DNA of 64,000 nucleotides from Candidatus Multivoradales bacterium (GTDB lineage Bacteria; Acidobacteriota; Thermoanaerobaculia; Multivoradales; JAHEKO01): NCBI GenBank assembly GCA_965223155.1, contig CBDCVR010000015.1, positions 352,001 to 416,000 of the forward strand, read 5' to 3'. Shown piece by piece: positions 61,255 to 64,000 of this stretch (position 1 is its first letter; each line of letters starts with the position of its first letter). The notes under the pieces were generated by a model. It saw only the letters and a program-made list of their open reading frames with translations, ran no database searches and was not told where the DNA came from. The position numbers and the translations under genes were made by a program.

Positions 61255-61318
61255 GCGGAGTGCTCGGCGGACCGGCGCACGCAGCTCGGAGCCGCTTGCC
61301 GTCGCGGCGGAAGACGGC

Positions 61319-62206
61319 GTGACCCGGCTCCGCGCCCTCGTCACCGGCGCCCGCGGGCAACTCGGGCGGGAGCTCATCGCCACCCTTCCGGACGGCGTTG
61401 ATGCGGTCGGCCTGTCTCGAGCCGAGCTCGACATCGCCAGCCCGGAAGCCGTGGCGACCCGGCTCGACGCAATCCGACCGGAAGTCGTCATCAACACGGC
61501 CGCCTACACCGCGGTCGACGACGCCGAGGCCGAAGGCGAGCTCGCTCGGGCGGCCAACGCGGACGGGCCGCGCTTGCTCGCCGACGCCTGCCGCGCCTCC
61601 GGCGCACGGATGATTCAAGTCTCCACTGACTTCGTTTTCGACGGTGAAGGCCGAAGGGCCTACGCTCCAGACGACCCGGTAGCGCCCCTCGGGGTCTACG
61701 GCCGCACCAAGCTGGCCGGCGAGCGCGCCGTTCGCGAGCTCCTGCCGGAGGCCTCGCTCATCGTCCGCACCTCGTGGCTCTACTCGGCCCACGGCAAGAA
61801 CTTTGTCACCACCATGCTGCGCCTTTTCGCCAGCCAGCCCGTCGTTCGGGTAGTGAACGATCAACTCGGGAGCCCGACTTGGACGGGGACTCTGGCGGCC
61901 GCGATCTGGCGCTGGGCGGCCCGGCCGGCTGCCGTCGGCGTCCGGCACTGGTGTGACCGAGGAGAGACCAGCTGGCATGGCTTCGCCGCGGCCGTTCGAG
62001 ACCTCGGCATCGAACTGGGCCTCCTGACCGACCCGGGTGAGCTGCTGGCGATCGCTTCGGAAGAGTTTCCGACCGCGGCCCGCCGGCCCCGCTTCAGCGT
62101 GCTCGACGCCAATGCCAGCGCGCGCGAACTGGCGCTTCCGCGCCAAGATTGGCGAGAATCGCTGAGGCTGATGCTCACCACCCTCGCAGAGCCTTCCAGT
62201 GGCTAG
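61319..62206 (+). CDS. rfbD: dTDP-4-dehydrorhamnose reductase
   Basis: TGARGQLG, NTAAYTAVD, STDFVFDG, YGRTKLAGE, DQLGSPT. Confidence 0.96.
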   Translation: MTRLRALVTGARGQLGRELIATLPDGVDAVGLSRAELDIASPEAVATRLDAIRPEVVINTAAYTAVDDAEAEGELARAANADGPRLLADACRASGARMIQVSTDFVFDGEGRRAYAPDDPVAPLGVYGRTKLAGERAVRELLPEASLIVRTSWLYSAHGKNFVTTMLRLFASQPVVRVVNDQLGSPTWTGTLAAAIWRWAARPAAVGVRHWCDRGETSWHGFAAAVRDLGIELGLLTDPGELLAIASEEFPTAARRPRFSVLDANASARELALPRQDWRESLRLMLTTLAEPSSG

Positions 62207-63302
62207 ATTGCTCGTAACCGGCGGCGCCGGCTTCATCGGCGCCAACTTCGTCCACTACTGGTTGGAGCACAAGCCTGAGGACCGCCTGGTGGTCCTGGAC
62301 GCTCTGACCTATGCCGGCAATCTCCAAAGTCTGGAGCCGGCGCGCGAGCACCCCCAGTTCCGGTTCGTGCACGGCGATATTCGCGACCGGGACTTGGTGG
62401 CCCAGCTTCTGGCCGAAGAGCAACTCGACACGATTGTGCATTTCGCCGCCGAGTCTCACGTCGATCGATCGATTGAAGGGCCCGAGGTTTTCCTGGACGT
62501 CAACGTGCTCGGGACACAGCGACTGCTCGAGGCCGCGCGCGAGGTCTGGCTGGAGACGAAACGCGTCCCCCGGTATCGTTTCCATCACGTCTCGACGGAT
62601 GAGGTTTACGGCTCACTGGGCTGGGACGATCCCCCGTTCTCGGAGTCCCATCGCTACGCCCCCAACTCGCCCTACGCGGCCAGCAAAGCGGGGGCGGACC
62701 ATCTGGTGCGCGCCTACTGGAAGACCTACGGACTCGAGTCCACGATCAGCAACTGCTCGAATAACTACGGGCCGTACCACTATCCCGAGAAGCTCATCCC
62801 CCTGGCGATCGTTCGCATGCTCCAGGGTGAGGAGATCCCGATCTATGGCGACGGCAAGAACGTTCGCGACTGGCTCTATGTCGAGGACCACTGCGCCGGA
62901 ATCGCGAGCATTCTGGGCAGGGGCCGGCCAGGGGCCACCTACAATCTCGGCGGGCGCGCCGAGGTCGATAACCTGAGTCTGATCCGGAAGCTGGCCGAGC
63001 TCATGGACCGGACGTTCGCCGAAACCGCCGAGTTGCGGGACCGGTTCCCCGACGCATGGCCCGCGCGTGGCGCCAGCACGCTCGACGCCCTGACCTTCGT
63101 GCCCGACCGGCCGGGGCACGACCGGCGCTACGCGATCGACGCCCGGCGGGCCGCGGTCGAGCTCGGCTTCGTGGCTCGCACGCAGCTCGACGCCGGCCTT
63201 CAGCGAACCGTCGCGTGGTATCTCGACAACGAGCCCTGGTGGCGCGGCGTCATGGATGGCTCGTACCGAAGCTGGATGGAGCGGCAGTACGGCGAGACCT
63301 GA
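62199..63302 (+). CDS. rfbB: dTDP-glucose 4,6-dehydratase
   Basis: TGGAGFIGANF, HFAAESHVDRSI, HVSTDEVYG, NCSNNYGP, DRPGHDRRY. Confidence 0.97.
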   Translation: MARLLVTGGAGFIGANFVHYWLEHKPEDRLVVLDALTYAGNLQSLEPAREHPQFRFVHGDIRDRDLVAQLLAEEQLDTIVHFAAESHVDRSIEGPEVFLDVNVLGTQRLLEAAREVWLETKRVPRYRFHHVSTDEVYGSLGWDDPPFSESHRYAPNSPYAASKAGADHLVRAYWKTYGLESTISNCSNNYGPYHYPEKLIPLAIVRMLQGEEIPIYGDGKNVRDWLYVEDHCAGIASILGRGRPGATYNLGGRAEVDNLSLIRKLAELMDRTFAETAELRDRFPDAWPARGASTLDALTFVPDRPGHDRRYAIDARRAAVELGFVARTQLDAGLQRTVAWYLDNEPWWRGVMDGSYRSWMERQYGET

Positions 63303-64000
63303 TCGTTCCGGAGGCCGGCTGCCAGGGTTAGTAGCGCTGGCGGCCCTGCCGATCTCGCTGCTGGCCGTCACCGCCGGCAGCTCGCACCGGTGGGTTGACG
63401 CCACGCGCGGGCTCGAGACCCAACTCCTGGGCCTGGTTGCCTCGGCCGCGCTCGCCGCCCTGGCCGGTCTAGCCTGGCATACCGATCGCGACCGTAGGCG
63501 CGAGCCGGGAGCCGTGACCGTCGCGGTCGCGACTCTCGGTTCTGCATTCACACTGCTGGCGATTCCGGCGTGGGAGGTTCGAGCGGCCACCCTGGTCGCT
63601 CTCCTAGGGTGCGCCTTCGGGGTCCTGGCGTGGGGAATCGTTGGCCGATGGGGTCGCGGCCAGGCCGAGGAGGTCTCGTTTCCGCCGTGTTTCGCCGCCG
63701 CGGTCTTCCTCCAAACCCTGCTCCGGTCCGATCGCTTCTTCGAGTCCTGGAGCTGGAGCTTCGCGCTCGAAGAGCTCGTCCTGTGGCCGGCGGTTGCAGC
63801 GGCCGCCGTGGCGCTTCTGGCACGTCGCGTCCGCGGTCCGGTCGTCCTCGCCGCGCTGCTTGCCACGGTCCTCGCGCGCGGCGTAGGCCCCGAAGCCGCC
63901 ATCGGCCTCGCGGTCCTGGCCTTGGCCGCGGGTTGGCGGACGCCGCCCCATGCCGACGCCAGGGCTCGCTGGGCTCTCGCCGGGACATCCATTCTCGTCG
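63256..64000 (+). CDS. Polytopic membrane protein (partial, runs off the window end)
   Basis: Open frame from about ATG 63256 with successive hydrophobic helices (LVALAALPISLLAV, LLGLVASAALAALAGL, AATLVALLGCAFGVLAW); absent from the ORF track because it has no stop. Confidence 0.6.
   Translation, partial: MARTEAGWSGSTARPDRSGGRLPGLVALAALPISLLAVTAGSSHRWVDATRGLETQLLGLVASAALAALAGLAWHTDRDRRREPGAVTVAVATLGSAFTLLAIPAWEVRAATLVALLGCAFGVLAWGIVGRWGRGQAEEVSFPPCFAAAVFLQTLLRSDRFFESWSWSFALEELVLWPAVAAAAVALLARRVRGPVVLAALLATVLARGVGPEAAIGLAVLALAAGWRTPPHADARARWALAGTSILV

Overview
A GC-rich bacterial window. The gene style suggests Acidobacteriota, possibly Thermoanaerobaculia; this is inference only. Most of it is a very large cell-surface glycan region: a CapD-like dehydratase, two epimerases, rfbA/C/D/B, two initiating sugar transferases, Wzm/Wzt, a second MsbA/PglK-type exporter, and many GT2, GT4 and GT-C enzymes. 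Tailoring genes include several SAM methyltransferases, a radical SAM enzyme, three Thr-nucleophile sulfatase-like proteins, an AlgX/AlgJ-type SGNH protein, and a NodU/CmcH carbamoyltransferase with SxtJ-like and SxtK-like partners. The region is interrupted by groES-groEL (sigma70 promoter plus CIRCE) and by an accessory block (about 17.9-40.4 kb). That block holds three paralogous secreted fibre-like proteins, a truncated secreted RHS/YD-type protein, a large Ig-repeat adhesin, an IS1111-type IS110 element, an IS256 element and an IS3 relic. The best leads are: (1) a candidate MBOAT-free glycan carbamoylation relay using a DltX-like peptide ending FIYTLF; (2) a secreted fibre plus RHS module; (3) a readable bridge/seek RNA guide in the IS1111 element that matches its own insertion site; (4) a sulfotransferase-coiled coil-GT2-GT2-GT4 fusion. 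No rRNA, tRNA or CRISPR array was seen.
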